A DNA stretch of 64,000 nt, from contig OZ243961.1 of the NCBI GenBank assembly GCA_965214605.1, positions 544,001 through 608,000 of the forward strand, read 5' to 3'. This document shows, piece by piece, positions 31,324 through 41,320 of this stretch. A model generated the notes under the pieces. That model was given only the letters and a program-made list of their open reading frames with translations, made no database searches and was not told where the DNA came from. This DNA comes from an uncultured Candidatus Binatia bacterium. Its GTDB lineage: Bacteria > Desulfobacterota > Binatia > Bin18. The position numbers were made by a program, and so were the translations under genes. Position 1 is the stretch's first letter, and each line of letters begins with the position of its first letter.

Positions 31324-33075
31324 TTAGCCATCCGCTTGCAGACCTTCCTCTCGCAGGGTTGTTCGGGTTTGACTCGGCAGGGCCGCCACGTCCGTATAGC
31401 GGCCTTTCCACCTCACCCGTCCGCGGTCCAAAACGAGCACCGGCTCACCCCGGTGTAAGGAGGATAGACGATGGGTGATACAGATGAGGGTGCGGTCTGA
31501 CATAAACGCCTCTAAGGTCTCCCGTACCTCGGCCTCAGCGCTTACATCAAGACCGGACAGAGCTTCGTCCAGAACGAGCACCGTTGGCCGTTTGAGTACC
31601 GCCCGGGCCAGACCGATGCGCTGTCTTTGTCCGGCCGACAGTCGAGTTCCACGCTCACCAACCGCAGTCTGGTAGCCGTCGGGCAGGGAGACAATGAACT
31701 CGTGTAGGCCGAGCATAGTCGCGGCATCAACCACGTCTTTCTCCGATGCCTCGGGAGTAGCGTAACGCAAATTGTCTAGCAGCGAAGCATTAAATAACAC
31801 TGGCTCGTGGTCAACCACCAGAATATGTTTGCGCAGCCAGGAGACCTCACACGCCGACAGCGGCTGGCCGTCGAGCAGGATGGTCCCAGCCTGCGGCTCG
31901 TATAAGCGCACCAGCAGGTCGGCCAGGGTCGATTTACCGCTCCCGCTCGGCCCCAGCAGGGTGAGGCGTCCACCGGCTGGGATATGAAAACTGACCTGGT
32001 CTAAGACCGGCTCAGACAGATTGTAGGCAAACGAGACCCTTCGAAACTCGACCTCTCCCCGCAGCCCGGCGAGCCGCTTGCCGTGTCCAAGCCGCTCGAC
32101 CTGGTCGACATCCAAGAACTCAAAAATCCGATCAATCGACACCCCGGTCCGTTCAATCCGTAGATATAAATCCATTAACATCTGGAGCGGACTAAAGGCC
32201 CGAGTTTGGTAGGCCGAGAAGGCGACCAGCCCGCCGATACTCAGCTGCCCATCAATCACCAGGTAGCCGCCATATAAGGTGGTCAACGCACCGCCGAGAA
32301 ACGTGGTAGCGGTCGAGGCACTGCTGGCAGCATAGCCCAGCATTTCGTAGCGCGTCACCATACTCACAAATTGTCTACCTAGTGCGCCCAACCGCCCGAG
32401 CTGCACCTGCTCGACCCCGAACAGTTTGATAAAGCGTACCGCGGACAGCGATTCGATCAGAAAGGAAGAGAGCCGGGCGTTCAGCTCCCGCACTCGCCGC
32501 GTCTCATCGACTAGCCGGGGGCGAACCTTGTTGACGCCGTACAGCTGTAGCGGCACAACTAGCAGGGCGACCACACACAGCTTCCAGTTCAGCCACACCA
32601 AAAAGCCCATGGTTGCGATCAGGACAAACACGTTCGACACAAAAGTAAAGGCCGCGTCGGTCAGCACCGCCTGGACTTCGGCAATGTCGGTGTTGAGCCG
32701 CGACAGCAGGTCACCGACCCGATTATGGGTATGAAAACGCAGCGACAGCGCCTGGAGATGGGCAAACACATGCTGACGTAGGGAGAACAGAATATGGGCG
32801 GTTATTTGGGTGTAATAGTAGCGGTTACAAGCCCCGATCACATAGCCGGCGGCCGTCACCAAGACCATCACTCCGCTCAACACAAACAGCAAGTGCAGAT
32901 TCTTGGCTAGCAGCACGTCGTCAATCAGAATCTTGGTAAAAATTGGCCACAGCAGACCTAGAACAGTTCCAAACAGAGACAGTCCAAAGACCATAATGAG
33001 ACGCCGGACAAACGGCGTGACAAAGGGCAGCAGACGGCGGAAGCGTGATAGGGAAGTGACGACGGACGGTCTCAT
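31324..33075 (-). CDS. qhpF: ABC exporter (fused permease/ATPase), likely QhpC exporter
   Basis: N-terminal TM domain, GPSGSGKS, LSAGQRQR, LVLDE; cluster context. Confidence 0.82.
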   Translation of the reverse strand: MRPSVVTSLSRFRRLLPFVTPFVRRLIMVFGLSLFGTVLGLLWPIFTKILIDDVLLAKNLHLLFVLSGVMVLVTAAGYVIGACNRYYYTQITAHILFSLRQHVFAHLQALSLRFHTHNRVGDLLSRLNTDIAEVQAVLTDAAFTFVSNVFVLIATMGFLVWLNWKLCVVALLVVPLQLYGVNKVRPRLVDETRRVRELNARLSSFLIESLSAVRFIKLFGVEQVQLGRLGALGRQFVSMVTRYEMLGYAASSASTATTFLGGALTTLYGGYLVIDGQLSIGGLVAFSAYQTRAFSPLQMLMDLYLRIERTGVSIDRIFEFLDVDQVERLGHGKRLAGLRGEVEFRRVSFAYNLSEPVLDQVSFHIPAGGRLTLLGPSGSGKSTLADLLVRLYEPQAGTILLDGQPLSACEVSWLRKHILVVDHEPVLFNASLLDNLRYATPEASEKDVVDAATMLGLHEFIVSLPDGYQTAVGERGTRLSAGQRQRIGLARAVLKRPTVLVLDEALSGLDVSAEAEVRETLEAFMSDRTLICITHRLSSLHRGEPVLVLDRGRVRWKGRYTDVAALPSQTRTTLREEGLQADG

Positions 33076-33214
33076 AGGCGATCCAGCGCTGGACTACGGG
33101 GCATATCCGCCCGTCCTCGCCTCTGGTAGGATCGGGGGGCGCTTGCCCTGTGGCTTTTCTTAGCCGATCGTAGGCCAGTCTACCAGGGGAAGAGACCTTA
33201 AATAGGTGCGAGCC

Positions 33215-34750
33215 ATGGCTCAAACGGAGGAGTTTGCTGGGCTGCCGACGCACAGCGATGTTATCGTGGCCGGCGGCGGACCGGCCGGAGCGACGATCGC
33301 CCGCCTGTTATCGGGCTATGGCCTGCGGGTTGTGGTGCTGGAAAGACACACGTTGCCCCGTTATCAGATCGGCGAATCGCTTACCCCGCGTATTCTGCCC
33401 ATTTTTGACTTTCTCAACATTCGTGCCGAGGTTGAGCGGGCCGGCTTTTTGCCCATTGCCGGCCACACGGTGTGCTGGGGGGAGGCTCAGCCACGCACGA
33501 CGTATTACAGCCCGGACCATAGCCGGCGCGGCTTGCAGGTCTGGCGAGCGGATTTTGATGTCCTGCTCCTAGATCAGGCCCGGCAGGCCGGGGTGCAGGT
33601 CTTTGAAGGCCAGGCGGTTGAGGCGGTCAGCCTGGCCCAGGACAGCGCCGCGGTGCAGGTGCGGACCGCGTCCCAACACCGCATCATGGCAGACTTCTTT
33701 ATTGACGCGACCGGTCGCAGCGGGCTGCTGGCACGCCAAGGCTTACGCCGGCGTAATCGTCGCTTTCAGACCCTGGCCCTGACCGCCTATTGGCAAAACG
33801 TGGCCGAGCCCGCAGGCATTGATCGCGGCAACACGCTGATTGAAGCCTACGCCAACGGCATGGTGTGGTCTCTAGCCTTGCATACTGGGCTGAGGAACGT
33901 CACGCTGCTGGTCGACTGGCGGGCGGGGTCTGACATCCGACGGACTAGCGTGGCCGATTGCTACTACGCGGAGCTTGGGAAAGCCCCCTACATCTCCGGC
34001 CTGTTGGCAGGGGCCCAGATTGCCACCCCACCCCGTGCCACCGACGCCACCCTGTACACCGCGACGCAGTTTGGTGACCCTCGCTTTTTACTCGTGGGAG
34101 ATGCCGGGCTGTTTATCGATCCGCTGTCCTCTGAAGGTGTCCACAAAGCCATGGCCTCAGCCATGACCGGGGCGGTGGTGGCCAACACTCTTCTTCGGCG
34201 ACCGGCCATGCGGTCCCATGCGCTCAGCTTTTACGAACGGCGTCAGCGCCAAACCTATATCTCGCACTACCATCAGTCGCTCGCCTATTATCGGCAGGAA
34301 CAACGCTGGCCCAAGTCTGCCTTTTGGCGCGCCCGAGCGAGCGAAACTCCCGCCCAGGAGTTCTCGTCCCCTCCACCTGTCTCCCGTCCCCCCGCCTCCC
34401 GCAAACTGTCGCACCTCCAATGGGCACCCGGCGTGTCTGTCCAGCAGCGACCAACAATCGCGGGGACCTATGTCAGCCTGCAGGACACGGTTATCGCCCC
34501 CCACTATCCCGATGGCGTCCGCTTTCTGGATCGGTTATGCCTGCCGACCGTACTCAAAATCATGGCCCAACAGCCCGCTATCGGCGATATTATCTCCGCC
34601 TATCTGCACCATCCGGATGGACGGGGCTGTCCGCCCGAAGCGGTTCGACAGGGTTTAGCCCGCTGCTTTCAGGAAGGGATTGTGGTCGAGGCGGGGCACG
34701 CGGCGGTTCAGCGGGCTTCGGTCGATGCTTCGGCATTCACCAAACGATAA
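33215..34750 (+). CDS. qhpG: FAD-dependent monooxygenase (tryptophan-halogenase-like), likely CTQ-forming hydroxylase
   Basis: GGGPAG, IGESL, IDATGR, VGDAGLFIDPLSSEG; cluster context. Confidence 0.8.
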   Translation: MAQTEEFAGLPTHSDVIVAGGGPAGATIARLLSGYGLRVVVLERHTLPRYQIGESLTPRILPIFDFLNIRAEVERAGFLPIAGHTVCWGEAQPRTTYYSPDHSRRGLQVWRADFDVLLLDQARQAGVQVFEGQAVEAVSLAQDSAAVQVRTASQHRIMADFFIDATGRSGLLARQGLRRRNRRFQTLALTAYWQNVAEPAGIDRGNTLIEAYANGMVWSLALHTGLRNVTLLVDWRAGSDIRRTSVADCYYAELGKAPYISGLLAGAQIATPPRATDATLYTATQFGDPRFLLVGDAGLFIDPLSSEGVHKAMASAMTGAVVANTLLRRPAMRSHALSFYERRQRQTYISHYHQSLAYYRQEQRWPKSAFWRARASETPAQEFSSPPPVSRPPASRKLSHLQWAPGVSVQQRPTIAGTYVSLQDTVIAPHYPDGVRFLDRLCLPTVLKIMAQQPAIGDIISAYLHHPDGRGCPPEAVRQGLARCFQEGIVVEAGHAAVQRASVDASAFTKR

Positions 34751-35268
34751 TCGCGGACCAAATCGTCCAACAGCACGCCCAAGGCGTCTTCAACGCTGTG
34801 GACAAAACTGTTCCGCAAGGTCAGGGCTAGTTTTCCCTCGGCCCAGGTTGGCGCCAGCATCGTCATCTGCTCGGTCCGGGTCAGGCGGACAATCTGGCGG
34901 ACTTCCACATCTAGACAGTAGGCCAATACCCTGCTCGAATGCTCAACACTGTGCAGTGACACGACCAGCACGGTCGGAAAATCACCTACCTGAAAAGCCG
35001 CCCGACGCAGCCGCTTGTTGGCGACGCCTCGGAGTCGGACACGGTCCATGCCCAGGGCGCGGGCCGTCCGACTCACCGAGCCGATCTCAAGCTGAAAGCC
35101 CCTCACGCCATACAGGGTTGTTGCGTCCGCCCCGGCGTTCAGTCCCAGGGCCGGGGACAGCACCAGCAGCAGGCTTAGTCCCAGACCCAGCACCCACAGG
35201 CCCGCCCGGTCAGGATGGGCGGGTTCCGAGTGCGCTTCCTCAGATCGCTTCGCTCCACCCTTTTCCAT
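34708..35268 (-). CDS. Hypothetical exported/membrane protein
   Basis: GAGG RBS, hydrophobic N-terminal segment; overlaps qhpG 3' end by 43 nt. Confidence 0.6.
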   Translation of the reverse strand: MEKGGAKRSEEAHSEPAHPDRAGLWVLGLGLSLLLVLSPALGLNAGADATTLYGVRGFQLEIGSVSRTARALGMDRVRLRGVANKRLRRAAFQVGDFPTVLVVSLHSVEHSSRVLAYCLDVEVRQIVRLTRTEQMTMLAPTWAEGKLALTLRNSFVHSVEDALGVLLDDLVRDYRLVNAEASTEAR

Positions 35269-35289
35269 ACTCGGCCCTCGGCCACGTCC

Positions 35290-35739
35290 TCATCTCTGTC
35301 CCCCCTGTTCCTTCTCATACTGCAGTCGGACCGCCTTCTCAATCAAACCGAACAGCCGGTCTTGTTTTTCAGCGGAGAGAGAATGGATCGATTTTTGGAT
35401 TAATTCAGCGCTCTGCTGCAAATCGCGCGCGCTCGCCTCAGCCCCTTTTTGGGAGAGAACGACAAAGGCATGGCGCTCGTGTTCGGGCAACCCCTGCAGG
35501 GCCTCGTCGTACAAACGAGCCATCTCTTGTTGTTCGGGTGGGGACAGCAGCTGGCGGCCGAGGCGGGACAGCTCAATGCCCCGGCGGGCGGCGGGCACGC
35601 CGGGTTCTTCCAGGATCTTGCGCCAGCCCTCTCTGGGGACCGGGCGAGAGTTCCAGGCAAAAATTATCAAGACGCTCGCCACGGCCACAAAAGCCAACAC
35701 TAACCAAGAGCCGCGTTTGGATGCAGACGTGCCTGCCAT
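35290..35739 (-). CDS. Hypothetical membrane-anchored helical protein
   Basis: Single N-terminal TM helix then charged helical region; co-directional with previous ORF. Confidence 0.65.
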   Translation of the reverse strand: MAGTSASKRGSWLVLAFVAVASVLIIFAWNSRPVPREGWRKILEEPGVPAARRGIELSRLGRQLLSPPEQQEMARLYDEALQGLPEHERHAFVVLSQKGAEASARDLQQSAELIQKSIHSLSAEKQDRLFGLIEKAVRLQYEKEQGGQR

Positions 35740-35819
35740 GACTGTTCATTAAAGGACTTTCAGCCGACCGACAAGGGCGGCTGGCCGTTCCCGAACACCC
35801 AGGCTATGCTCTCAACACC

Positions 35820-36440
35820 ATGACCAACCACAATGCCGATCAGCCTATTGCGCTGCCCAAGTTGCTCGGACGGGTTGGTATTTTAGGCGGGACAGAGCAG
35901 GACAAGACAAATCTGTGCCTCGCTCTGGCCCACCAGCACGCCCAGCAACACCGTCCGGTTGTATGTGTCGATGCCCGACGGTACAGGGCCACGGAAATCC
36001 AGTTTCGCCTCCTGATGCGAGACAAGGCTTGCTATCTTCCCCTCGCCTCTCCAACCCAGCTGCCTCAAGAGGTGCTACGCAGCGTTCTGGGCGCGGTTGC
36101 TCAAGGCTTGCGACACGGACAGCCCCCTCCCTCCCCCGCCCTCATCCTGATCGATGGTGTAGACGCCGGGGACGGCTGGGAGCGCAGCCTGGCTTTTGTT
36201 CTCAGGGCCGGAGCAATTGTGGTGTCGTTTCTGAACTCGGCCCTAAAGGCCACCCTTGGTCGCTATGACACGCTCCTTGTCCTGCGCACAGAAGCAGAAG
36301 CTGAGGCGGTCAGCCGGGCGGTAGGTCGCAAAGTGAGCCCAGAGGCAATTGTCAGCCTGCCGTCGGGCCAGGCGTGGCTGATCCATTTGACGCGGGCCTA
36401 TCGGGTCAGGCTGCCGGCCGGGCTGATGGACGAAGCCTGA
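35820..36440 (+). CDS. Small protein with degenerate P-loop NTPase (HerA/FtsK/VirD4-like) features
   Basis: VGILGGTEQDKTNL (Walker A-like), VVCVD, LILIDG (Walker B-like), IVSLPSGQAWLI. Confidence 0.55.
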   Translation: MTNHNADQPIALPKLLGRVGILGGTEQDKTNLCLALAHQHAQQHRPVVCVDARRYRATEIQFRLLMRDKACYLPLASPTQLPQEVLRSVLGAVAQGLRHGQPPPSPALILIDGVDAGDGWERSLAFVLRAGAIVVSFLNSALKATLGRYDTLLVLRTEAEAEAVSRAVGRKVSPEAIVSLPSGQAWLIHLTRAYRVRLPAGLMDEA

Positions 36441-36456
36441 ACCGGGGCCTTTTCCG

Positions 36457-36486
36457 TTGACAAGGGTGCGCAGAGCAGGGAATAAT
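36457..36486 (+). promoter_or_regulatory. Possible sigma70 promoter for panE
   Basis: TTGACA-N18-AATAAT upstream of GGGAG RBS and ATG 36510. Confidence 0.45.
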
Positions 36487-36509
36487 TCTGAGGGGCAGGG
36501 AGCGAGCAT

Positions 36510-37493
36510 ATGCGCATTGTCATACTCGGAGCAGGCGGTGTGGGTTCAGTTATCGGCGGCTATTTGGCCCGTAACGGGGCCGATGTCATTATGCTTGCCC
36601 GGCCGGGCCATGCGGCGGCGGTGCAACAGCACGGCTTGCAGGTCAGCGGCCTCGTCAACTTTCGGACTCCGGTCGCCAGCTTTGCCCAGGCCAAGCATAT
36701 TCAGGAAGCCGATATCCTTCTCATTACGGTGAAAACCAAGGATATGCAGTCGGCCCTCGCCGGGGTTGCCCATATGCAGATTGGTGGAGCTGCCTCGCTC
36801 CAAAACGGCATGATCAAAAACGACCAGATTGCCCAGGTGTTCGGTCAGGAAAAAGTCATTGGAGCAACCACCATGCTTGGAGCGGCTCTGCGCCGAGACG
36901 GTGAGGTCGAATACACCCTGGACGGTATCACCTTTTTTGGTGAACTCGACGGGCGCCTCTCAGACCGGGTCAACACGATTGTCCGGGCTTTTGTGGACGC
37001 CGAGCTTAAAGCCGGCGGAGTCACCGACATCATTGCCGTTGAGTGGACCAAACAAGCCTTTCAGAATCCGTTCGCCACGATTTCAGCCATGACCCGCCTG
37101 CCCATGCATCGGGTGTGGGCCAGCCCACAGCTGGCGACGCTGTCGGTCCACATGTTTCGCGAGGTTGCCGCGATTGCCAAGGCCAAGGACGTTGTCCTGT
37201 CCGAACAGCCGAGCTGGAGCCTGTTTAACCTTGAGGTCATGTGTCACGCTCCGTTTGACGAGGCCGTCAAACGGCTGGTCGAGGTCGGCAGGGGGATTGA
37301 GGCCGGCGGCCGGACCCGCATTATTCCGTCCATGCTCCAAGATGTCCGGGCCGGCAAAAAAACCGAGATTGATGAAACCGTCGGCTATGTGTACCAAGAA
37401 GGCCGGCGGCTCGGCATCCCGGTCCCCTACACCGAGTTCGCCTATCGCAGCGTCAAGGCGATCGAAGAGAATTTTGACGCCCAGGTCGGCTGA
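36510..37493 (+). CDS. panE: Ketopantoate reductase family protein
   Basis: GAGGVG, ITVKT, SLQNG, EWTK, PSMLQD, KTEID. Confidence 0.88.
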   Translation: MRIVILGAGGVGSVIGGYLARNGADVIMLARPGHAAAVQQHGLQVSGLVNFRTPVASFAQAKHIQEADILLITVKTKDMQSALAGVAHMQIGGAASLQNGMIKNDQIAQVFGQEKVIGATTMLGAALRRDGEVEYTLDGITFFGELDGRLSDRVNTIVRAFVDAELKAGGVTDIIAVEWTKQAFQNPFATISAMTRLPMHRVWASPQLATLSVHMFREVAAIAKAKDVVLSEQPSWSLFNLEVMCHAPFDEAVKRLVEVGRGIEAGGRTRIIPSMLQDVRAGKKTEIDETVGYVYQEGRRLGIPVPYTEFAYRSVKAIEENFDAQVG

Positions 37494-37499
37494 GACGCT

Positions 37500-38756
37500 C
37501 TATGCCTGGTCTGGAATCCGCAGAGTCCTGCCAATTCGCAGCCGCGAGTTGCCCAGTTGATTGATCTGCATCAGCGCCCGGACCGAGGTTCCATAGCGGC
37601 GAGCGAGGTGTGACAGAGTATCGCCCCGGCGGATGGTATGCAGACGCGGCTGCCGGACCACGCGCGGCTGCGTCCGGTGGTCTGGAATCCAGAGTTCCTG
37701 GCCAACCGCAATGCGCGAGGTACGCAGTCCATTGGTCCGCATCAGCGTTCGGACCGAGGTGTCGTAGCGGCGGGCGAGATGGCTCAAGGTGTCTCCAGCC
37801 CGGACCGTATAGAGTCGGCTCTTGGCCGAGTCCGCGTTCGGCCTAGGAGCAGATCGGGACCGGGAAGGCGTCCGCGCGGCAAGCTGAACGGGCGACCCCG
37901 GAGAGGAGTTCGACGGTAAAGGGATGCTGAGCCGGTGACCCGCGACAAGTTGCTGCAAATACCACAGGTCGTTGTCCTGACGCAGAGCGTCACGATCAAC
38001 GCCAAAAGCGCGGGCCAGATTCAGGGTCGAGTCGCCAATCCGTGAGGTATAGGACAGCGTTGTCCCGTCCAGCTCAAAAACGGCCGGCGAATACGGATCG
38101 GGAGAGGCAAGCAGCATACCGGCGTGCAGCTGATGGGCGGCAAGTACGGGGTTGTACAGGCGCAGCAGGATCTCTGGGACGCCTGTTGTGCGTGCTGCCG
38201 AGGGCCAGTCCTCACCCGGCCGCACCCGCCGCAGTCGCAGACGTTCGGCCTGACGCCGGATTGCGGGTTCATGCAGGCGCAACACCGATTTATACTGCTC
38301 AATCTGTATTACATCATGGAGGACGGATAGCGGCAGAGCTGGCCGAGAGGTGAGTACCTGAGGGCCGCCGACATAGGCAGCCAACACATAGTCGTGGCGC
38401 TTCAAGCGCTCGGTAAGCTCGGCAAACCTCCGTATTCCGACTTCAAGATTGGCCTCGGCAGTATTTGCAGTTGCCTCCTCGGGGCCAGTCCGTAAATAGA
38501 CGTTGCGCTGCAGTTCGCCCGAGGCGGACACAAAAGAGTCATTCCCTCCAGACTGGTACAGCATCAACGCCCGGGCCAGACGCGGATCAACCCCGTAACG
38601 GTCCGCAGCATTAAACAGCAGGGCCTCAATCTGCATGCTTTTGCGGTACATACCGACAAAAGACGGGGACAGATCAGGTTTGGCCGACACCGCCTGAGTC
38701 CATAGCAACACGGCCATGCTCAAAATAAGCTGGCTTCCTAGGCTGCGCTTGCCCAT
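37500..38756 (-). CDS. SLT-like domain plus multiple LysM domains, exported
   Basis: Signal peptide; AADRYGVDPRLARAL..QSGG SLT-like motif; LysM repeats YTVRAGDTLSHLARRY and HTIRRGDTLSHLARRY plus two divergent ones. Confidence 0.85.
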   Translation of the reverse strand: MGKRSLGSQLILSMAVLLWTQAVSAKPDLSPSFVGMYRKSMQIEALLFNAADRYGVDPRLARALMLYQSGGNDSFVSASGELQRNVYLRTGPEEATANTAEANLEVGIRRFAELTERLKRHDYVLAAYVGGPQVLTSRPALPLSVLHDVIQIEQYKSVLRLHEPAIRRQAERLRLRRVRPGEDWPSAARTTGVPEILLRLYNPVLAAHQLHAGMLLASPDPYSPAVFELDGTTLSYTSRIGDSTLNLARAFGVDRDALRQDNDLWYLQQLVAGHRLSIPLPSNSSPGSPVQLAARTPSRSRSAPRPNADSAKSRLYTVRAGDTLSHLARRYDTSVRTLMRTNGLRTSRIAVGQELWIPDHRTQPRVVRQPRLHTIRRGDTLSHLARRYGTSVRALMQINQLGNSRLRIGRTLRIPDQA

Positions 38757-39128
38757 TGTCCACCTTTCCTCTCCTCAACAGCTTACGAGCTAGCGTCTGC
38801 AAAAACCCTCTGCAAAAGCTTCAATTGTCGAACTGGGGACTCCTATTATTGCTGTCAAAAGCACAGATCTCAAGCCGGACGAAGAATTTTCTTGCTCCTG
38901 CCCTTGGTCAGGTTCCATCCACCGCCCCCCGCCATTGAGAAACCCAACTATTTTGCCTATGGTGTGCTAAAGCTGCGTCAACGCCTGTGCGAGGAGGGAC
39001 AATGGACAGGAGTCAAGGACAGGGACCGGCCTGGATTGTGTTTTTAGTCTGGATGCTCATTCCGCTCTTGGTTTTCTTTTTGATCGTTACGTTTACCGGC
39101 TAAGCCGGTTTCAGTAAGGAAAGTGGCT

Positions 39129-40154
39129 ATGAAAACAGGCCGGTTCGTCGCTGGAGCCGTGCTCGGTTGGTTGCTGGGCTTCCCCTTCCTGGTGTTTTGC
39201 CAACAGACCGAGCCGGTCGCAAAAGCCAACGCTGTTCTGGCCACAATCGAAGGCTATTCCATCACCCAATCCGATATTGAGGAACGTACCAAGAGCGACA
39301 TGCTCCGCCTCAATAATCAGATTTACGCGGTCAAGAAACGGGCCGTTAACGCCCTGATTGATGAGCGACTGATGGAGATCGAAGCCGGCAAACATGGCCT
39401 CTCGCTCCAGGAGCTGTTAGAGCGCGAGGTCACAGACAAGGCGAAGGCGGTCACTGAAGAAGAAATCGAGGCATTCTACAAGGCCAACAAAACTCGTCTG
39501 GGCAATAAGCCACTGGACGAGCTGAGAGACCGTATTGCCCGGCAGTTGCAGGGGGCCGCCCAGCGCGGGCGTCGACAGGCGTTCGTTCAGGAGTTGCGTA
39601 AAGCGGCCGCCATCACCATGAACCTCAAGCCGCCAATTGTTGAGGTGGCAATTGATGGTGCCCCGACCCTGGGTCCGGCCGAGGCTCCGGTCACCGTGGT
39701 CGAGTTTGGCGACTACGAATGCCCATACTGCGCCCGAGTTCAGCCCACCCTTCATAAAATCCGAGAGACCTATAAAGGTCAGGTCAAGTTCGTGTTTAAA
39801 GACTTCCCGCTATCCATTCACCCCCAAGCCCAAAAAGCGGCCGAAGCAGCCCGGTGTGCGGGACAGCAGGACAAGTACTGGGACTATCACGACGTGTTGT
39901 TCCGTAATACCAAGGCCCTGCAAGTTGACAAGCTCAAACAATACGCGGCCGACCTGCAGCTCGACACGACGCGCTTCGACACCTGTTTGGACAGTGGCCA
40001 ACAGGCGGACGCAGTCCGCAGGGATCTCGCCCAGGGCTCACAGCTTGGGGTCAGCGGAACCCCCACCTTTTTTATCAACGGCCGCTTTTTTTCCGGGGCA
40101 CGACAGTTATCGGCCTTTCAGACAGTGATTGATGAGGTGCTAGCCGCAGACTGA
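39129..40154 (+). CDS. DsbA-family thioredoxin with SurA-N-like helical domain
   Basis: Signal peptide, EFGDYECPYC, FPLSIH, GVSGTPTFFING. Confidence 0.9.
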   Translation: MKTGRFVAGAVLGWLLGFPFLVFCQQTEPVAKANAVLATIEGYSITQSDIEERTKSDMLRLNNQIYAVKKRAVNALIDERLMEIEAGKHGLSLQELLEREVTDKAKAVTEEEIEAFYKANKTRLGNKPLDELRDRIARQLQGAAQRGRRQAFVQELRKAAAITMNLKPPIVEVAIDGAPTLGPAEAPVTVVEFGDYECPYCARVQPTLHKIRETYKGQVKFVFKDFPLSIHPQAQKAAEAARCAGQQDKYWDYHDVLFRNTKALQVDKLKQYAADLQLDTTRFDTCLDSGQQADAVRRDLAQGSQLGVSGTPTFFINGRFFSGARQLSAFQTVIDEVLAAD

Positions 40155-40177
40155 GTGAGGGGCGGGGAAGCGGCTCA

Positions 40178-41236
40178 TCAGGTTTGCAGCGCAGGCATGA
40201 CCTGCTCGACAAACCGCCGCATGCTAGCCAAAACCTGGTTGTGGGGCACCAAGCCGCCTGGGTTAAACCAGCAGATGAGCTGATCCATCTTACACTGCCG
40301 GTGGACGGCGCGGATCTTTTCGACGCACTGCTCGGGCGGACCGTACAGCGCCATAGTATCGTCGATCAGCTCCCAGGTCACGGACTTCTGTCTCTGTCGG
40401 ACTTCCTGCAAATAGTCGTAGGATGCCGCCCGACTTTGACCCCGCTCCCCAAGCTCTGCCTGGGTCGTCACCGTCCGAAAATAGTGCATGATACTCGGCT
40501 CAACCTGTTGGCGTACCTGCAGCTGGCTATCGGCAACATACACGGGAAACAGTACTGCGCTGTCGGCCCGCTTATCCCGATGGCCGGCAGCCCGAAACGC
40601 CTGGTGGTAGCCGCCTAGATGCTGGGCGAGTTTGGGCATGGGATTAATCGGAGAGGCAACAAAGACGGGATAGCCGCGCTGGCCGGCAAAGGCGGCTGTT
40701 TCTGGGCTATTGGCCGCAATCCGCAGCGGCGGGTGCGGTTTTTGGAGCGGCTTGGGCACGACCGAGGTAGAGGGAATCTGGAAATAGCGGCCCTCAAATG
40801 CACAGGTGTCCTGGCTCCAGGCTTGCTCGATAATGGTCAGGGCTTCTTCAAAACGCTCTCGGCTCTCGTCCCTTGACACTCCCAGCCCCTGAAAATGAAT
40901 GGCGATTGTGCCGCGCCCCACCCCCAATTCAAGCCGTCCGTTGCTGAGGAGATCAACGGTCGCCGCGTCCTCGGCAGTCCGTAGCGGGTGCTGCAGTGAC
41001 AGCAGTGCCACGGCCAACCCCAAGCGAATGCGCCGCGTCCGCTCGGCCAGGGCCGCCGCAACGATTAATGGCGAGGGCATAATCGAAAACGGTCGGTTAA
41101 AGTGCAACTCAGCCAGCCAGGCCGTATCGAAACCTAGTTCATCCGCGTATTGGATCTGTTCGAGTGTCTCCTGGTATCGGCTGACCTCGTTTTGACCAGG
41201 AGCGCAGGGCAGCTGGTAAAAAAGACCGAATTTCAT
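40178..41236 (-). CDS. LLM-class flavin-dependent oxidoreductase
   Basis: WLAELHF, GRLELGVGRG, PKPLQKPHPP; close paralog of 57335-58390. Confidence 0.92.
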   Translation of the reverse strand: MKFGLFYQLPCAPGQNEVSRYQETLEQIQYADELGFDTAWLAELHFNRPFSIMPSPLIVAAALAERTRRIRLGLAVALLSLQHPLRTAEDAATVDLLSNGRLELGVGRGTIAIHFQGLGVSRDESRERFEEALTIIEQAWSQDTCAFEGRYFQIPSTSVVPKPLQKPHPPLRIAANSPETAAFAGQRGYPVFVASPINPMPKLAQHLGGYHQAFRAAGHRDKRADSAVLFPVYVADSQLQVRQQVEPSIMHYFRTVTTQAELGERGQSRAASYDYLQEVRQRQKSVTWELIDDTMALYGPPEQCVEKIRAVHRQCKMDQLICWFNPGGLVPHNQVLASMRRFVEQVMPALQT

Positions 41237-41320
41237 GGGCAAGTCCTTCCGGGCGATGCACTGCGTTTCGGCGTACCCCTCTTGGCCACTCCAAAACGAC
41301 TATGGTAATTACCTCATACT

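Noticed and set aside
33215-34750. Tryptophan halogenase / halogenated natural product cluster
   Set aside because: Lacks a clean WxWxIP motif (GMVWSLA) and context is fully explained by qhpG
29800-35741. Long antisense/alternate-frame ORFs (29800-30612, 34680-35741, others)
   Set aside because: Shadow ORFs over well-supported genes, expected in GC-rich DNA
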